Below are positions 1 through 11,110 of a DNA stretch of 64,000 nucleotides, one piece after another; within the stretch, counting starts at the first letter, position 1; every line of letters begins with the position of its first letter. This DNA is from Candidatus Poribacteria bacterium (GTDB taxonomy: Bacteria > Poribacteria > WGA-4E > PCPOR2b). The notes beneath the pieces are model-generated. The model was not told where the DNA came from. It worked only from the letters and a program-made list of their open reading frames with translations, and made no database searches. The stretch is taken from the NCBI GenBank assembly GCA_965215015.1, contig OZ244042.1:4672001-4736000 (forward strand), written 5' to 3'. The position numbers and the translations under genes were made by a program.

Positions 1-566
1 GGTACTTTCACCGCCGTCGTCCCTTCTGGATTTGAGCCCCCGTCTTCAGGCGGTTCTAACTTGTTCTGTAAGTGACTGCCGGGCAGAACATAGAAATTCC
101 CACTACCTTCCACCGTCGTGTCGGTCAGAAAGTAGCCAATTTTGAGGGAAATTCGCGGCCGGGGGTTACTTTCCAAATCCATGTTCAAACGCCCACTGTC
201 CTGGTGCCAACCCAAACGTGCCTCCTCCGATCTCTCGTCGGGCGGTAATGGCGGCGTAATCCCTAGGTGCGAGTGGTAAAGCTGGATGTGCCACCCCAAG
301 ATACCCCACACCTTTGGGAATGTCTTATACCAATCCAGTAACTCTAGGAAGCTATCGTCCTTCCCAATGAAGTCGAAAATATTCAAGCGTTCATGGGGTG
401 ACAAATCTTGCTCGGGCCGATATTTTGCCTCAAGACGGTTTAACACGGCGTTCAGGTCATCAACCATTTTCGGTGGCAGCGCGTCTTCAACAATGAAGAA
501 ACCGTTTTTTTCAAATAAGAGCCGTTCCTCATGTGTCAGACAATAATCTAAACATGCAGTGTCCAT
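1..566 (-). CDS. Phytanoyl-CoA dioxygenase (PhyH) family protein, 3' end runs off the window
   Basis: Manual translation from ATG at 566 (AAGGAGGT RBS upstream): MDTACLDYCLTHEERLLFEKNGFFIVEDAL...LGWHQDSG...GYFLTD...GNFYVLPGSH. The WHxD and PGSH motifs are typical of PhyH. Not in the ORF track because it is truncated. Confidence 0.85.
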   Translation of the reverse strand, partial: MDTACLDYCLTHEERLLFEKNGFFIVEDALPPKMVDDLNAVLNRLEAKYRPEQDLSPHERLNIFDFIGKDDSFLELLDWYKTFPKVWGILGWHIQLYHSHLGITPPLPPDERSEEARLGWHQDSGRLNMDLESNPRPRISLKIGYFLTDTTVEGSGNFYVLPGSHLQNKLEPPEDGGSNPEGTTAVKV

Positions 567-905
567 ATATACCTCCTTTACTATGCACAGTAGTTATAGC
601 AATCTTGACTATTTTATTGTAACATCCGCAACAACTATCCGCAACGGCGTGTTGAATGCGTTTTTTCACTTTATGTCATAATAATGAGTAAAATGAGAAC
701 AACGATGCTTGCAACTATGGCCGCAAAGATTATGTCCGGTTCCTCATCGGAGATGTCAGACGAATCCTGTAATTGATTTCGCAATAAGTAGATAGGGACT
801 TTTCTCTAAGCAAGACCAATGAAAGTGTAGAAGACGGAAAGATTGGGGGGGGTAACAACCTTCCGTCTTGCCTTTGCTTCCAAGCGTTTTATTAAAAGCC
901 AGTAA

Positions 906-1271
906 CTACTGATTCCCTTGACTTTCTCCTTGTTCGCTCTGCCCTTGACTATCTGTTGCGCGGGTGTCCGGTGAATCCAGTGGTTGATTTTCTGGCAAAT
1001 CTTCGCCGCAGTAGCGGCATTTGACAGCTGCCGTTTTTATCAGTTCCGCACAGTACGGACACTGCCTCATCTCGCCGCTCTGAATACTTTCTTTTTCAAT
1101 CGCTTCCTGATTTTTGGAGATGACTAATACCAGAATAAGAGCAAATGGGCCAAGCAAGAACCCCAATATAAACCAGCCACAACCACTTCGTCCTTTATTT
1201 TTAGCAATCCCAGCACAAACAGCACCAAATAGAAGCCAAACAATAATTACTAATCCTACAATTACCTCCAT
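906..1271 (-). CDS. Small membrane protein with zinc ribbon
   Basis: Two hydrophobic helices, then CPYC-x10-CRYC; GGAGG RBS upstream. Confidence 0.75.
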   Translation of the reverse strand: MEVIVGLVIIVWLLFGAVCAGIAKNKGRSGCGWFILGFLLGPFALILVLVISKNQEAIEKESIQSGEMRQCPYCAELIKTAAVKCRYCGEDLPENQPLDSPDTRATDSQGQSEQGESQGNQ

Positions 1272-1655
1272 CCGTGCCTCCTTTCCCTCCTTAGTAGTTA
1301 CGTTCCCATGCCAACTTGAGGAGCCGCTCGATTTTGTCGGCCTCCGTAATGTTCTCTAGTGTTGATCTCCATGGACAACCGCGAGGTTTCCAGCTAAAAA
1401 TATGTTCTCAACTCCTCTATGCGAAGCGCCCGGATATGTCTTGAGGCGACTGTAGGCAATCGCCTCGGTCCTTGGCAGATTCCCGATGATTCTAGCGTCT
1501 ACCCAATTAACGACAACAAAATGTCAACACACCCTAGCAACTTGCATCATTATATCCGATGTTCAGTGGTTTGTAAACAAGAATAGCAAAGTCATAAGGC
1601 CCTAGAAATATGTAAATGAGCAGAAGTAACAATCCTTTCAAAAACATATTTTAGC

Positions 1656-2105
1656 CTACCAAAGGCTTTTGCGGAAAAACACCTCACCGATTCCGTCATT
1701 AATGCCACCAATGAACCCACATTCTACAAACCCCATATATCGATGCCACGCTTGAGGTTCAGGTTCATCAGCCTGCGATGAACTGTAGAGTGCTTCGTGC
1801 CCTGTGTCGCGGAGAAAAGTTTCGATGAACCGAAGTAAGGCTTTACCGCCCCCTTGCCGGCGATATTCAGGTAACACCCGGATCAGGGCGATATACGGTA
1901 CAATTGACCACAAATACTCAAGCCGCACATATCCCACCCGTTTCCCGTTCCATTCGGCAATCACAATCTCCTCAATACGATCAGGATTCAAAGCAGCTTG
2001 CGCCTCAATTTTTCGCTTCAACATTTCAGCGGGAATGTACCCATCCTGATGTGTAAAATCCAAGTCATTAAACCTGGCAAAGCGTATCACTATCTCGTCA
2101 GACAT
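1656..2105 (-). CDS. GNAT family N-acetyltransferase
   Basis: VLPEYRRQGGGKAL acetyl-CoA binding motif A. Confidence 0.8.
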   Translation of the reverse strand: MSDEIVIRFARFNDLDFTHQDGYIPAEMLKRKIEAQAALNPDRIEEIVIAEWNGKRVGYVRLEYLWSIVPYIALIRVLPEYRRQGGGKALLRFIETFLRDTGHEALYSSSQADEPEPQAWHRYMGFVECGFIGGINDGIGEVFFRKSLW

Positions 2106-2476
2106 CCATATCCCCCCTCTGTTGATACTTGGAGTTTATACCATAGAGCGGGAGGCGTGTCAATCCCGTTCCCATGAAAATAGACGGCAATCGCATGTGA
2201 AAGATACTGAAACCAAATCCTATGAATCCTTTCAGCCAAACACCCGGACTATTGCACAACGTTCCGAGTGGATTGAGCCAAGACGATCGCGCGACGGTGC
2301 GGGTATCCTCCTGATTCAGACAAGAATCCGTGTAATCCACTCAATTGTCCGAATCCGCGCTTCAGGCAATATAGATGCAATTCCCCGAAAACGGAGGGAA
2401 AACTGGATTGACCGTAGAAGTGGTATCGTGTTAAAATGTTGGTGTATTGATAACCGATAGGATCGAGGCAGGTACT

Positions 2477-3556
2477 ATGACAGCAGAAACAGTGCGGTTA
2501 AGAACCGGCGAGCAACTTATCATTAAAACCCTACTTCCACCGCTCCATGACTACGCCAGTAAAGTCGGTTGTTGGGGTGATATACGCGACGACCTGCTCA
2601 ACGGAAAATTGACAGACTGGCTTTTCACACCTTACTTTGTTGGTGAAATTGATGACGAAGTTGTTGGCAGTATGAGCTATTATACACCGACGGACACGCG
2701 CGATGTTGGTGTCGTGGAGTTTGTACGCACAGAGGAGGAGTACAGGAGTAAAGGCATTGCCTCGGCACTCATGGAATGCCTGATTCGGAGGTTTCGCGCT
2801 GATGACGGGATAGCACTCTACCTTTGCACCACCAATCCCATCGCCGGCAGTCTGTACGAAAAACACGGGTTCTGGTATCATTTGGGGGATGGGATGCGCT
2901 ATCTCGGACCTGATGCCGGTGATTTTGACCAAACCTATCTAGCGTTCTGCGGCGCGGCGCGAATCCGAGAGGCCACGTGGGCGGATTTACCTCGTGCTTC
3001 CGTGCTCTACAATCACCGTGAGCCGCGCTGGCTCATCAAGGACTATTTCACCCAGACCTTTCGCGATACTCGCTTTGAGAGCCACTTTGTGAGACTCATG
3101 CGACAGATTGAAAATCAGAACGGCGCGTTTGTAGTATTAGAAAACCGCGAACAACGGATTGTTGGTACAGCGGTGTTGAAACAGTTTAACACCTTCCACG
3201 AGCAGCATATCGCTACCCTCAGTTTTCGTGTCTGTCCGAGCTATTTCGATCAGGGAGCTGAATTGTTAATCGCTGCCGCAGAAAAGGCGAAAGCTCTTTC
3301 TATTCAGGCACTACAGATTTACATCGCTGACTGTGACGACGACCAAAAAGAGATGGTGAAATCGGTAGGATTTGTCAAAGAAGCCCGTTTGCAAAATCGA
3401 CTGTACGACGGAGAAAACTTGATGGATATGCTTGTCTACACCTTGAGGCTGCCTGATGTTTCTCCATTGAGAAGCGAAGGAGATTATTATGGTAACAGAA
3501 AACCGTGGCAGATGGAACGGGTCACCGCTAATTATAACCGGCGGCCGAATACATAG
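2477..3556 (+). CDS. Tandem-domain GNAT family N-acetyltransferase
   Basis: EEYRSKGIASALM motif and YEKHGF in the N-half, RimJ/RimL-like C-half. Start set at ATG 2477. Confidence 0.75.
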   Translation: MTAETVRLRTGEQLIIKTLLPPLHDYASKVGCWGDIRDDLLNGKLTDWLFTPYFVGEIDDEVVGSMSYYTPTDTRDVGVVEFVRTEEEYRSKGIASALMECLIRRFRADDGIALYLCTTNPIAGSLYEKHGFWYHLGDGMRYLGPDAGDFDQTYLAFCGAARIREATWADLPRASVLYNHREPRWLIKDYFTQTFRDTRFESHFVRLMRQIENQNGAFVVLENREQRIVGTAVLKQFNTFHEQHIATLSFRVCPSYFDQGAELLIAAAEKAKALSIQALQIYIADCDDDQKEMVKSVGFVKEARLQNRLYDGENLMDMLVYTLRLPDVSPLRSEGDYYGNRKPWQMERVTANYNRRPNT

Positions 3557-3585
3557 GAGTATCCCAGCTAAGGAGGAACATCTCA

Positions 3586-4623
3586 ATGGCAAAATCGAAG
3601 ATTAGGGTTGGCATCGTTGGTGCAGGCGGCGTCGGAGGGCTTGGTGGTAGGGACAACTCCCATGCCGGCGGTTATCGGCGGTGTGAGGAGGTTGAACTGA
3701 GAGCTGTCGCCGATATTAACCGTGAACGTCTGCAACAGTTCAGCGATGAATGGGAAATCACATCGGAACATCGCTATAGCACCGCGCAGGAGATGTACGA
3801 AAAAGCGGATCTGGACATCGTGAGCGTGACCACCCATAACTTCCATCATCACGAACCGGTCATCGAAGCTGCAGAGGCGGGGATTAAAGTGATTATGGTG
3901 GAGAAGCCACTCGCTATTAGTGTCGAATGGGGGCGGAAGATGGTCGAAGCCTGCGAAGCAAACGGGTGTCGGTTGGCTGTGGATCACACACGTCGCTTCC
4001 TACCCCACTACCGGAGATTGAAAAAGATGGTTGATGATGGGGCAGTGGGAGATGTGCGAACCATTACTTACTCCGGTGCCCGCCCTTTACTGCACAACGG
4101 CACGCACACGGTGGACTACGCTTTCTACTTTACATCGGCGCAACCTAAGTTAGTATCAGGCTTTCTCAGCGATGAACCTGTCGCCGATCCGGGTGGTGGG
4201 GGGATAGTTGTCTGCGAGGGCGGCGTGGTCATCTTCATCAACTGTATCCCGACGCGCAAAGAATCTCTCAGCGATGTCATCATCGGGGGCACGGCGGGAC
4301 AGATCCATTTCTGTGAGCGGCGCGGCATCTGGGAATATGGTCCCCTTGTCGAGGCGAGTGAAGGCTATGGCGCCCGCTACGACTTTGAACCGCTTCCCGA
4401 CATGCCTGAAACCCTTATCCTCGACGACTATTTCTACAGCGCAGCGCGAGAAGCAGTTGACTGTCTGCTGGAAGATCGGGAGAGCGTTTCAACCGGACGG
4501 GACGGTCTGAAGGCACTAGAAGTTATCACCGCCATGCACATTTCGCACAAAACAGGAACACAGGTGCCTTTGCCGTTGGCGGAAGGGCTTGATAATGTTG
4601 AAATTAGATCGACAGGTCAGTAA
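3586..4623 (+). CDS. Gfo/Idh/MocA family oxidoreductase
   Basis: GIVGAGG Rossmann motif, VEKPLA, HNGTHTVD; AAGGAGG RBS. Confidence 0.9.
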   Translation: MAKSKIRVGIVGAGGVGGLGGRDNSHAGGYRRCEEVELRAVADINRERLQQFSDEWEITSEHRYSTAQEMYEKADLDIVSVTTHNFHHHEPVIEAAEAGIKVIMVEKPLAISVEWGRKMVEACEANGCRLAVDHTRRFLPHYRRLKKMVDDGAVGDVRTITYSGARPLLHNGTHTVDYAFYFTSAQPKLVSGFLSDEPVADPGGGGIVVCEGGVVIFINCIPTRKESLSDVIIGGTAGQIHFCERRGIWEYGPLVEASEGYGARYDFEPLPDMPETLILDDYFYSAAREAVDCLLEDRESVSTGRDGLKALEVITAMHISHKTGTQVPLPLAEGLDNVEIRSTGQ

Positions 4624-4634
4624 GGCATGGGTGG

Positions 4635-5402
4635 CTATTCATACCAATTGTGGGTGACATAGACCGGATCCGATCCTCCTGCAAGGTGAATAGTCGCCTG
4701 ATCCGCTCCAGCCATAAACTCGTTCCGTAGGGTATTTGTTCTAACCGGATCTACATGCAGTCCGTCCAAATTCCATCGAAGGTTTGTGCTGCTTTCGACA
4801 GTAACATTGGGGTCTTCGGAGATAAGCGAGACCCGTTGCACACTCTCGTTTTTTCGCTCTAAAACTACGTCCGAAACGACGAAGTGAATTGTTTGAAGTG
4901 GGTCCCGCATCTCCGCCTGCCAGTTACGCCCGTTCCCATATCTCCCGTGCGGACTTTCCTGAAACAGCTGGAGTCCTAAGCGCATTAACCGCAGATTGCC
5001 GAGAAAGTGATCTATTTCGTAGCCGTTGGGGCGAGGGAGTCCACCGTAGATTAGAATCCTCTGACAGCCGTACTTCGCGATTGTGTAAGCGACCGCCAAC
5101 TGTCCGTCCGTGTCATCCTTATCCACATGCCCAATCCACTCACGGACGATGTGCGTGCCAGAGTGCTCCAACTTTTCAACCGTATCCCTTGGTAGCTCCT
5201 CAAGGGAATCCAGATCGCCGATGAGAACATTAGGGAAAAATTGGGCTTCGTTAATCCGGTTGATTTCGGCGAATAAGCGGATGCCACCGTCAGCGCAGAT
5301 GAGTGGGTGACTGTTCTCCACCGCCCATGTCAGTGCCCCCTTGTAGAATTGAGGGTAGCGGAGGTCGTAATGCCCATTGAGAAAAATTAAAGCGGTTTTC
5401 AT
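4635..5402 (-). CDS. Thiamine pyrophosphokinase-like protein
   Basis: ICADGG, GDLDS, KDDTD and DHFLGNL motifs of the ThiN family. Likely start MKTALIFLNG at 5402. Confidence 0.75.
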   Translation of the reverse strand: MKTALIFLNGHYDLRYPQFYKGALTWAVENSHPLICADGGIRLFAEINRINEAQFFPNVLIGDLDSLEELPRDTVEKLEHSGTHIVREWIGHVDKDDTDGQLAVAYTIAKYGCQRILIYGGLPRPNGYEIDHFLGNLRLMRLGLQLFQESPHGRYGNGRNWQAEMRDPLQTIHFVVSDVVLERKNESVQRVSLISEDPNVTVESSTNLRWNLDGLHVDPVRTNTLRNEFMAGADQATIHLAGGSDPVYVTHNWYE

Positions 5403-5444
5403 AACAGTGTAGCAAAACGTAAAGAGACCCCAAGTTTTTTCGGA

Positions 5445-5483
5445 AAAACTCGGGGTCTGTGGCACGATTTCTTAACATGAGCC
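5445..5483 (+). repeat. About 40-bp dispersed repeat, copy 1
   Basis: aaaactcggggtctgtggcacgatttcttaacatgagcc; near-identical to 25005-25043. Confidence 0.65.
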
Positions 5484-5571
5484 AAAAAGCAATCACGAAT
5501 TCAGCGACTGTAAACAAATGGGAGACGAAAAAAATTGTACAATCTACAAAATTCTCTGAGCCAACAATCGG

Positions 5572-6483
5572 TTATGGAAGAAATAGATTGTAGGATGGGA
5601 GCTGCTTGGCAGGACGATATGATAATTTCACACGCTTGAGGTTTTCTAAACCGGAGTCATCCATTGTGTTAATCCATCGATAGGCTGCCTGTTCTCGGCA
5701 AAATTCTCTAAAAAGAAATTGTGCTAACCCCTTTATTCCGAGATCTGTTATCTCAAAGAGGACACAGAAAATCTCGCTGTTGAGAGGGTATCCGAAGGTA
5801 TATCCTTTTAGGACGCCATCGATGAAAACAACCCTGCCGACTAAACCCAATTCCTTGTGGTTCATTAGTCCTGCGCGATGAGAACGCCCAGAATCCTCCA
5901 ACATCGCTCGATAAATATCATCATGGAATTGTCCCCATCGTTCCTGCTTCCATGATTCATAAAGTGCGATGCAACCCCCAAGATAGGTGGATTGGTACGA
6001 CTGTAACTGTGCGGCAGGCTGGTTGCGGATCAGAAGGTTATAAGCAGCCCGCTTACTCTTGTAACGATTCCCCTTGAGTTGGATAAGAGCGTCCGTTTCG
6101 TACAGATATTCCGTCTCTTTCTGAACGGCGTGGAAACCCATCTGCTGAAAAAAGAGAATTAGACTCGCTGGAACGTTTTCAATCCGTGCAATCTGTTTCG
6201 CACGGTTGGTTTCAAGGGTGAACGCATACGCTTGGCGGATAACTTTTTGACTCAGTGAGCCCCCCATCGGGGGGAGCGGCATGAAGTAATCACCGTCCTG
6301 ATTGGCAAAAAGACAGAATTGGTTATCAATTATTGTCCAGTAAAAATCGAAAAAATTTCGCCATACATAGTGTGGTGCAAAGGCATAACGCGATAGTTCC
6401 GCCGGCATTTGGCGGGCGTATCGATCAAAAAGGGGTTTATCCTTTAGTGTAAGCGGCTGTAGGTTCTTTGATAAATCAGGCAA
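5572..6483 (-). CDS. DUF2156 / aminoacyl-phosphatidylglycerol synthase C-terminal-like protein
   Basis: YLY...LKGNRYKSKR and WINTMDDSGLENLKRVKLSYRP, typical of the DUF2156 C-terminus. Confidence 0.8.
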   Translation of the reverse strand: MPDLSKNLQPLTLKDKPLFDRYARQMPAELSRYAFAPHYVWRNFFDFYWTIIDNQFCLFANQDGDYFMPLPPMGGSLSQKVIRQAYAFTLETNRAKQIARIENVPASLILFFQQMGFHAVQKETEYLYETDALIQLKGNRYKSKRAAYNLLIRNQPAAQLQSYQSTYLGGCIALYESWKQERWGQFHDDIYRAMLEDSGRSHRAGLMNHKELGLVGRVVFIDGVLKGYTFGYPLNSEIFCVLFEITDLGIKGLAQFLFREFCREQAAYRWINTMDDSGLENLKRVKLSYRPAKQLPSYNLFLP

Positions 6484-6486
6484 TCT

Positions 6487-7623
6487 TCAAGCAATCACTT
6501 GTTCAGTATGGCGGTCGAACAGATGAACCTGTTTGGCATTGAAATCAAACCAAACGGACTGTCCCACATCAGGCTTGAATGCCGGGTGTGTACGCGCTCT
6601 GAGGAGGACCAGATCTCCGGTCTCCGGATTTTCACCCAGAAATATGTCGATAATATTGACCGACCCCAACGCTTCTACAAGGTGCACGGTGGCTATGAAT
6701 CCTTTTTCAATCGGCTCTTTCGAGACGATAATATGCTCCGGTCTAACGCCAAAGATAATTTCGTCTGACGGATCGAGGCGCGAGATTTGTTCTGCGGATA
6801 ACTTGAGCCAGACATCTGTGTGGGTGAGATGCAAGGCAGGTTCTTCCCCTTCAATGGAACTAGGGCCCAAAGCGGTCCGGGACCGAACTGTGCCCCCTAT
6901 CAGGTTCATTGATGGACTGCCCATGAATTGAGCGACGAAAACGGTCCGCGGCTGGTTATACACCTCTTGAGGTGTTCCGATCTGCTGCAAACTCCCGCGG
7001 TGCATAATGACGATGCGATCCGCCATTGACATCGCTTCGACTTGGTCATGGGTGACAAAAACGGTCGTTGCGCCCAATCTGTGCTGCAGGCGTTTCAGTT
7101 CCGTCCGCATGTCTACCCTTAATTTCGCATCTAGGTTCGACATCGGTTCATCCATCAAGAACGCCTTGGGTTGACGGACCATTGCCCGTCCCAATGCGAC
7201 GCGCTGCATTTCACCACCGCTCAGATGACTCGGCCTCCGATCAAGCACTGCCTGAATTTGTAGGATGGCTGCAACCTCTTGGACCCGTTCCTGAATTTCG
7301 GATCTCGGTACTTTCACCGCTTTGAGCGGAAATGCAATGTTATCATAAACGGTCAGGTGGGGATAGAGCGCGTAAAATTGGAAGACAAACGCAATATCCC
7401 GATCGGCGGGCGATAGCGCGTTTACTCGCTTCCCATCGATAAAGATGTCTCCCTCGTCGGGATGTTCCAATCCGGCGATTGCTCGAAGCGTGGTTGTTTT
7501 TCCGCACCCTGAAGGCCCGAGGAAAACAACAAACTCTTGATCATGGATTTCAAGGTTCACGTCGTCCACGGCAACGACATCCCCAAAACGTTTTGTGATG
7601 TGTTCAAGTTTAATTTCTGCCAT
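6487..7623 (-). CDS. Sugar ABC transporter ATP-binding subunit (MalK type)
   Basis: Walker A GPSGCGKT, LSGGEMQR signature, MDEPMSNLDAKLR, C-terminal TOBE-like region. Confidence 0.95.
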   Translation of the reverse strand: MAEIKLEHITKRFGDVVAVDDVNLEIHDQEFVVFLGPSGCGKTTTLRAIAGLEHPDEGDIFIDGKRVNALSPADRDIAFVFQFYALYPHLTVYDNIAFPLKAVKVPRSEIQERVQEVAAILQIQAVLDRRPSHLSGGEMQRVALGRAMVRQPKAFLMDEPMSNLDAKLRVDMRTELKRLQHRLGATTVFVTHDQVEAMSMADRIVIMHRGSLQQIGTPQEVYNQPRTVFVAQFMGSPSMNLIGGTVRSRTALGPSSIEGEEPALHLTHTDVWLKLSAEQISRLDPSDEIIFGVRPEHIIVSKEPIEKGFIATVHLVEALGSVNIIDIFLGENPETGDLVLLRARTHPAFKPDVGQSVWFDFNAKQVHLFDRHTEQVIA

Positions 7624-7670
7624 TCCTGGTATTTTAATCTAAGTTGCAACCTGACAATTACAATTGAATC

Positions 7671-7724
7671 GTGGTGCAAGTTTCCTAACCTGCGAGGCAA
7701 TCACAAATTGGAAACCTGCGCCAC
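7671..7724. repeat. REP-like imperfect palindrome
   Basis: gtggtgcaagtttcctaa...ttggaaacctgcgccac inverted repeat in intergenic DNA. Confidence 0.5.
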
Positions 7725-7999
7725 TATCTATTGCGCTTCTCCCCAATAGGATCGGGATTCAATACTAGAGCGAATGATAGAGATAGAGCACTTGACGAGC
7801 AGGGAAACCCGTCCCTACATTGAGTTGATTCCTGTAGGAGCAACTCCTGATGTTGTTGGATTCTCTGAATCTTTACAACATCGTGGATTCATGGTTCTGT
7901 ATCCATGTTTTCTGTGCCCTCTGTTTCATCCGTGATTCAGACAATAACTCAATACCCTTCAATTATTTTAGCATACACAGGGGAAAATGAAAACCAAAA

Positions 8000-9142
8000 A
8001 TGAAAACGACAACATGGGTGGAAGTAGATCTCTCCGCAATTCAATCTAATGCACGGGCAATCAAAGCGTATACCCAAGGCAGATTGTTGATTGCCGTGAT
8101 CAAGGCAGATGCGTATGGACACGGTATTATTCCGGTCGCCCAAACATTGTGGGAGGAAGCGGCGATGTACGCTGTCGCTACGGTGGCGGAAGCTGCGGAG
8201 TTGCGTGCCGCTGGCATCAGGAAACCGGTGCTAGTACTGTTCAATACGCTGCCCGCTCAAGTAGAAACGATTATTGACTATCAACTGACGCCATCGGTGT
8301 ATGAACCGACGCTCTGCAACGCGCTGTCCCGTGCAGCGCAAGCGCAGGAAACATCGGTTAAAGTGCACCTTGATGTGGATACCGGCATGAATCGCGGCGG
8401 GATATGGTATACTGAGGCGGTAGATTTACTGAAATGGCTAATATCGCTGGAGGGGATAGAGATTGAAGGCATTTTCACCCACTTCGCCACTGCGGACGAA
8501 GCCGACAAAAGCCATGCGGACATTCAGTTAGAGCGGTTCAAGTCGGTACTTTCTGCCCTCTCCAAACTCAACTTTCGTCCCCCGATCGTCCATGCGGCCA
8601 ATACCGCAGCCGCATTAACATTTCCCGACTCCCATTTTGACGCAGTGCGTGTGGGCTTGGGTTTATACGGCGTCTATCCATCGCCTGAGGTCAGACGAAC
8701 AAGCCCTGTGTCCTTGCAGCCTGCCCTGAGTTGGAAGGCACGACCCATCTGTTTACGTCAAACGGTGCTAGGGGAAGGGATCAGCTATGGTCGTACCTAC
8801 ACAGTTGATGAGCCCGCATGGTTAGCAACGCTCCCTGTTGGTTATGCCGATGGCTATCCGCGCGCCTTATCAAATCGTGGTGAGGCGTTGATCAGCGGGG
8901 CAAGGTGCCAACAGGTTGGAGCGGTTTGTATGGATGGGACAGTCTTTCAAATCACACCGCTGAAAGGAGGACACGCAGATCTGCCCTTACGCATTGGCGA
9001 TGAAGCGGTACTGATTGGAAAGCAGGGAGACTTGGAGATTACCGTTGATCAAGTTGCGGAGGAGGCGGGAACCATCTCGTATGAGATTTTGACAGGGATC
9101 GGGAGACGGATCTCTCGGATTTACGTGAATCGGGAGGCATAA
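8000..9142 (+). CDS. alr: Alanine racemase
   Basis: VIKADAYGHG PLP-lysine motif, DTGMNRGG, SYG, GYADG, CMD, TISYE. Confidence 0.97.
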   Translation: MKTTTWVEVDLSAIQSNARAIKAYTQGRLLIAVIKADAYGHGIIPVAQTLWEEAAMYAVATVAEAAELRAAGIRKPVLVLFNTLPAQVETIIDYQLTPSVYEPTLCNALSRAAQAQETSVKVHLDVDTGMNRGGIWYTEAVDLLKWLISLEGIEIEGIFTHFATADEADKSHADIQLERFKSVLSALSKLNFRPPIVHAANTAAALTFPDSHFDAVRVGLGLYGVYPSPEVRRTSPVSLQPALSWKARPICLRQTVLGEGISYGRTYTVDEPAWLATLPVGYADGYPRALSNRGEALISGARCQQVGAVCMDGTVFQITPLKGGHADLPLRIGDEAVLIGKQGDLEITVDQVAEEAGTISYEILTGIGRRISRIYVNREA

Positions 9143-9222
9143 GGATTTGACATCAGGGCGGAGGGATGATAAACTGAAACACGGAATCGATCATCCACCA
9201 TATTATACAATAGGAGAGTCTC

Positions 9223-9444
9223 ATGACAACAGGACAAGCAACAAGCCTGAAAACAACTTTAGAGTCAATGTTCGAGCACATCGCCCAAAAACAGAGTATA
9301 GTGGAAGACCTTGAGCAGATTGAACGTCTGCATCAGGAGATTGGAGCAACTGCCCCTCCGACGCTACGCCACTACCTGCAACGCCGAAGTTATACCAAAG
9401 CACTCGATTTCCTGAAAGATGGTTTTGTTGCTGATTCGGATTGA
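9223..9444 (+). CDS. Small hypothetical protein
   Basis: AGGAG RBS; helical 73-aa ORF ending LRHYLQRRSYTKALDFL. Confidence 0.65.
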   Translation: MTTGQATSLKTTLESMFEHIAQKQSIVEDLEQIERLHQEIGATAPPTLRHYLQRRSYTKALDFLKDGFVADSD

Positions 9445-9547
9445 TATCATATAGGACCTAATTTAACCCAAATACGGAAAGCCTAACAAATCAAATCTGA
9501 AATGGAAATGCCGTGCAAACCGTAAACCACTTATTTCATATGTTAGA

Positions 9548-10273
9548 ATGATGAAAAGGAAAAAAGAAAACTATTTTAGGTCGGAAGCAGATTTAGGTCG
9601 GAAGCAGAAAAAATTTACGGTGAAGTAAAAGGTCCATATAACCAAACGAGTATTAAAAAAAGAATCGAAGCACTTTTTCTTGATAATCTCGGAAGGATTC
9701 TATTGAGAGAACAAATCATCGAAGCCGCTAGAGACCCGATAACCCAAAAGGATCCTGAAAATTGGCACCAGAGATTATCAGAGTTACGCACCGATGATGA
9801 ATACACAATTTTATCATGGCGCAATCGAGGTGAATTTAAAAATCCAAGAATACCTGATGCCTACCTCTGAGAAAAGGCAACAAATCAACAGGAGGGTTCG
9901 TCCACATGACAAAGTATGGTTACAGATATTGGAAAAGGCGAACTACTCTTGTGAATGGGTTGAGGATGGTATTCGGTGCGGGCTTGAAGACGGGCAAATA
10001 GATCCGATCGGAGGAGGCACCGTAAAACTGACACCAGACCATAAGTCACCACATTCTATAAACATTGAAACGGATCCAGACGATCCCAATCAATGGAGAG
10101 TCTTATGTGGGCGACATCAAGTTATGAAAAAGAACTTTTGGGATGGTAGCACGGGTAAAATCAATGTTTACGCTATTGTCCAAGCCGCAAGTGAACAGGA
10201 AAAACGGAATGTTTTCTCTTTTTTAGCCCAGTATTTTGGGTATCAAATTGATGACGAGAAATTGGAGGAGTAG
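9548..10273 (+). pseudogene. KpnI-like HNH type II restriction endonuclease, disrupted
   Basis: Reconstructed protein ...KRIEALFLDNLG...PENWHQRLSELRTD...ILSWR...ANYSCEW...DPIGGGTVKLTPDH...LCGRHQVMKKNFWD closely resembles R.KpnI as I recall it. Broken by a 17-bp tandem duplication (9575-9591/9592-9608) and a +1 frameshift in the A-run at 9838-9842. Confidence 0.8.
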
Positions 10274-10275
10274 GC

Positions 10276-11060
10276 ATGACTCAAATGACTTTCGCGGAAC
10301 TCGATACAGTCAGGCGCAATAACGGAGCCAAAAAGGGAAATGCTGTCATACTACCACCGATGGGTATATTTGAATCCATTGAATTAATAAAATCAACTAG
10401 CATTAAGCCGCGTGTCACAATGCTTGACCCGTGGTATAACAAAGGTTTTGGAGAAATAAGAACTGATTACAATGATTTTGTTATATCCATACTCGAAGCA
10501 CTGATTGGTATCTCTGATCATGTATTTTTGTGGGGTTTTCCTGAAATTATAGCTCAGTATTTCAATCGTATACCGACTGAATATCAGCTTGTTGCGTGGC
10601 TCACTTGGTACTATAAGAATAATCCATCTGTCATCCGAGGCTGGCGATCGAGTCAGAATGCTTGCTTGCATCTTTCTCAAGGTGATGCAAAGCTATACCC
10701 CGAACATTTCTTGAATGACGCGCAAAAAGAAAAGCTAAGTGCAGGAAAGCTAAGATATATGAAGCCTCCTTATTGGTAGGCTTTGTAGGCAGAGATGAGC
10801 AGACAGGGCATCCATCTCAAAAACCGTTAAAAGTATATGAGCCACTTTTCTTCATGACGACAAAAGAAGATGATTTGATTTATGATCCCATGTGTGGGTC
10901 CGGTACTACGGGCGCGTTTGCATTAAAACATAAAAGGAGCGCAATTTTATCAGACATCAACGAGGAATATATTTCTATCGTTGAGTCGAGGCTTCTAGAA
11001 AAGAGAATTCAGTCTAACCGGACATTGCCCTCAACGTTTACCACTATGTTACAAGCATGA
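10276..11060 (+). pseudogene. Beta-class amino-DNA methyltransferase, split by a frameshift
   Basis: Motif IV-like DPWY in 10276-10779; HPSQKP and DPMCGSGTTG (motif I) in a different frame at 10773-11060. The break is near 10760. Confidence 0.8.
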
Positions 11061-11110
11061 GTGAACCTATGATTCGTAGTTGAAAGTTAATAAAAAAAAG
11101 AGGAATTGAA

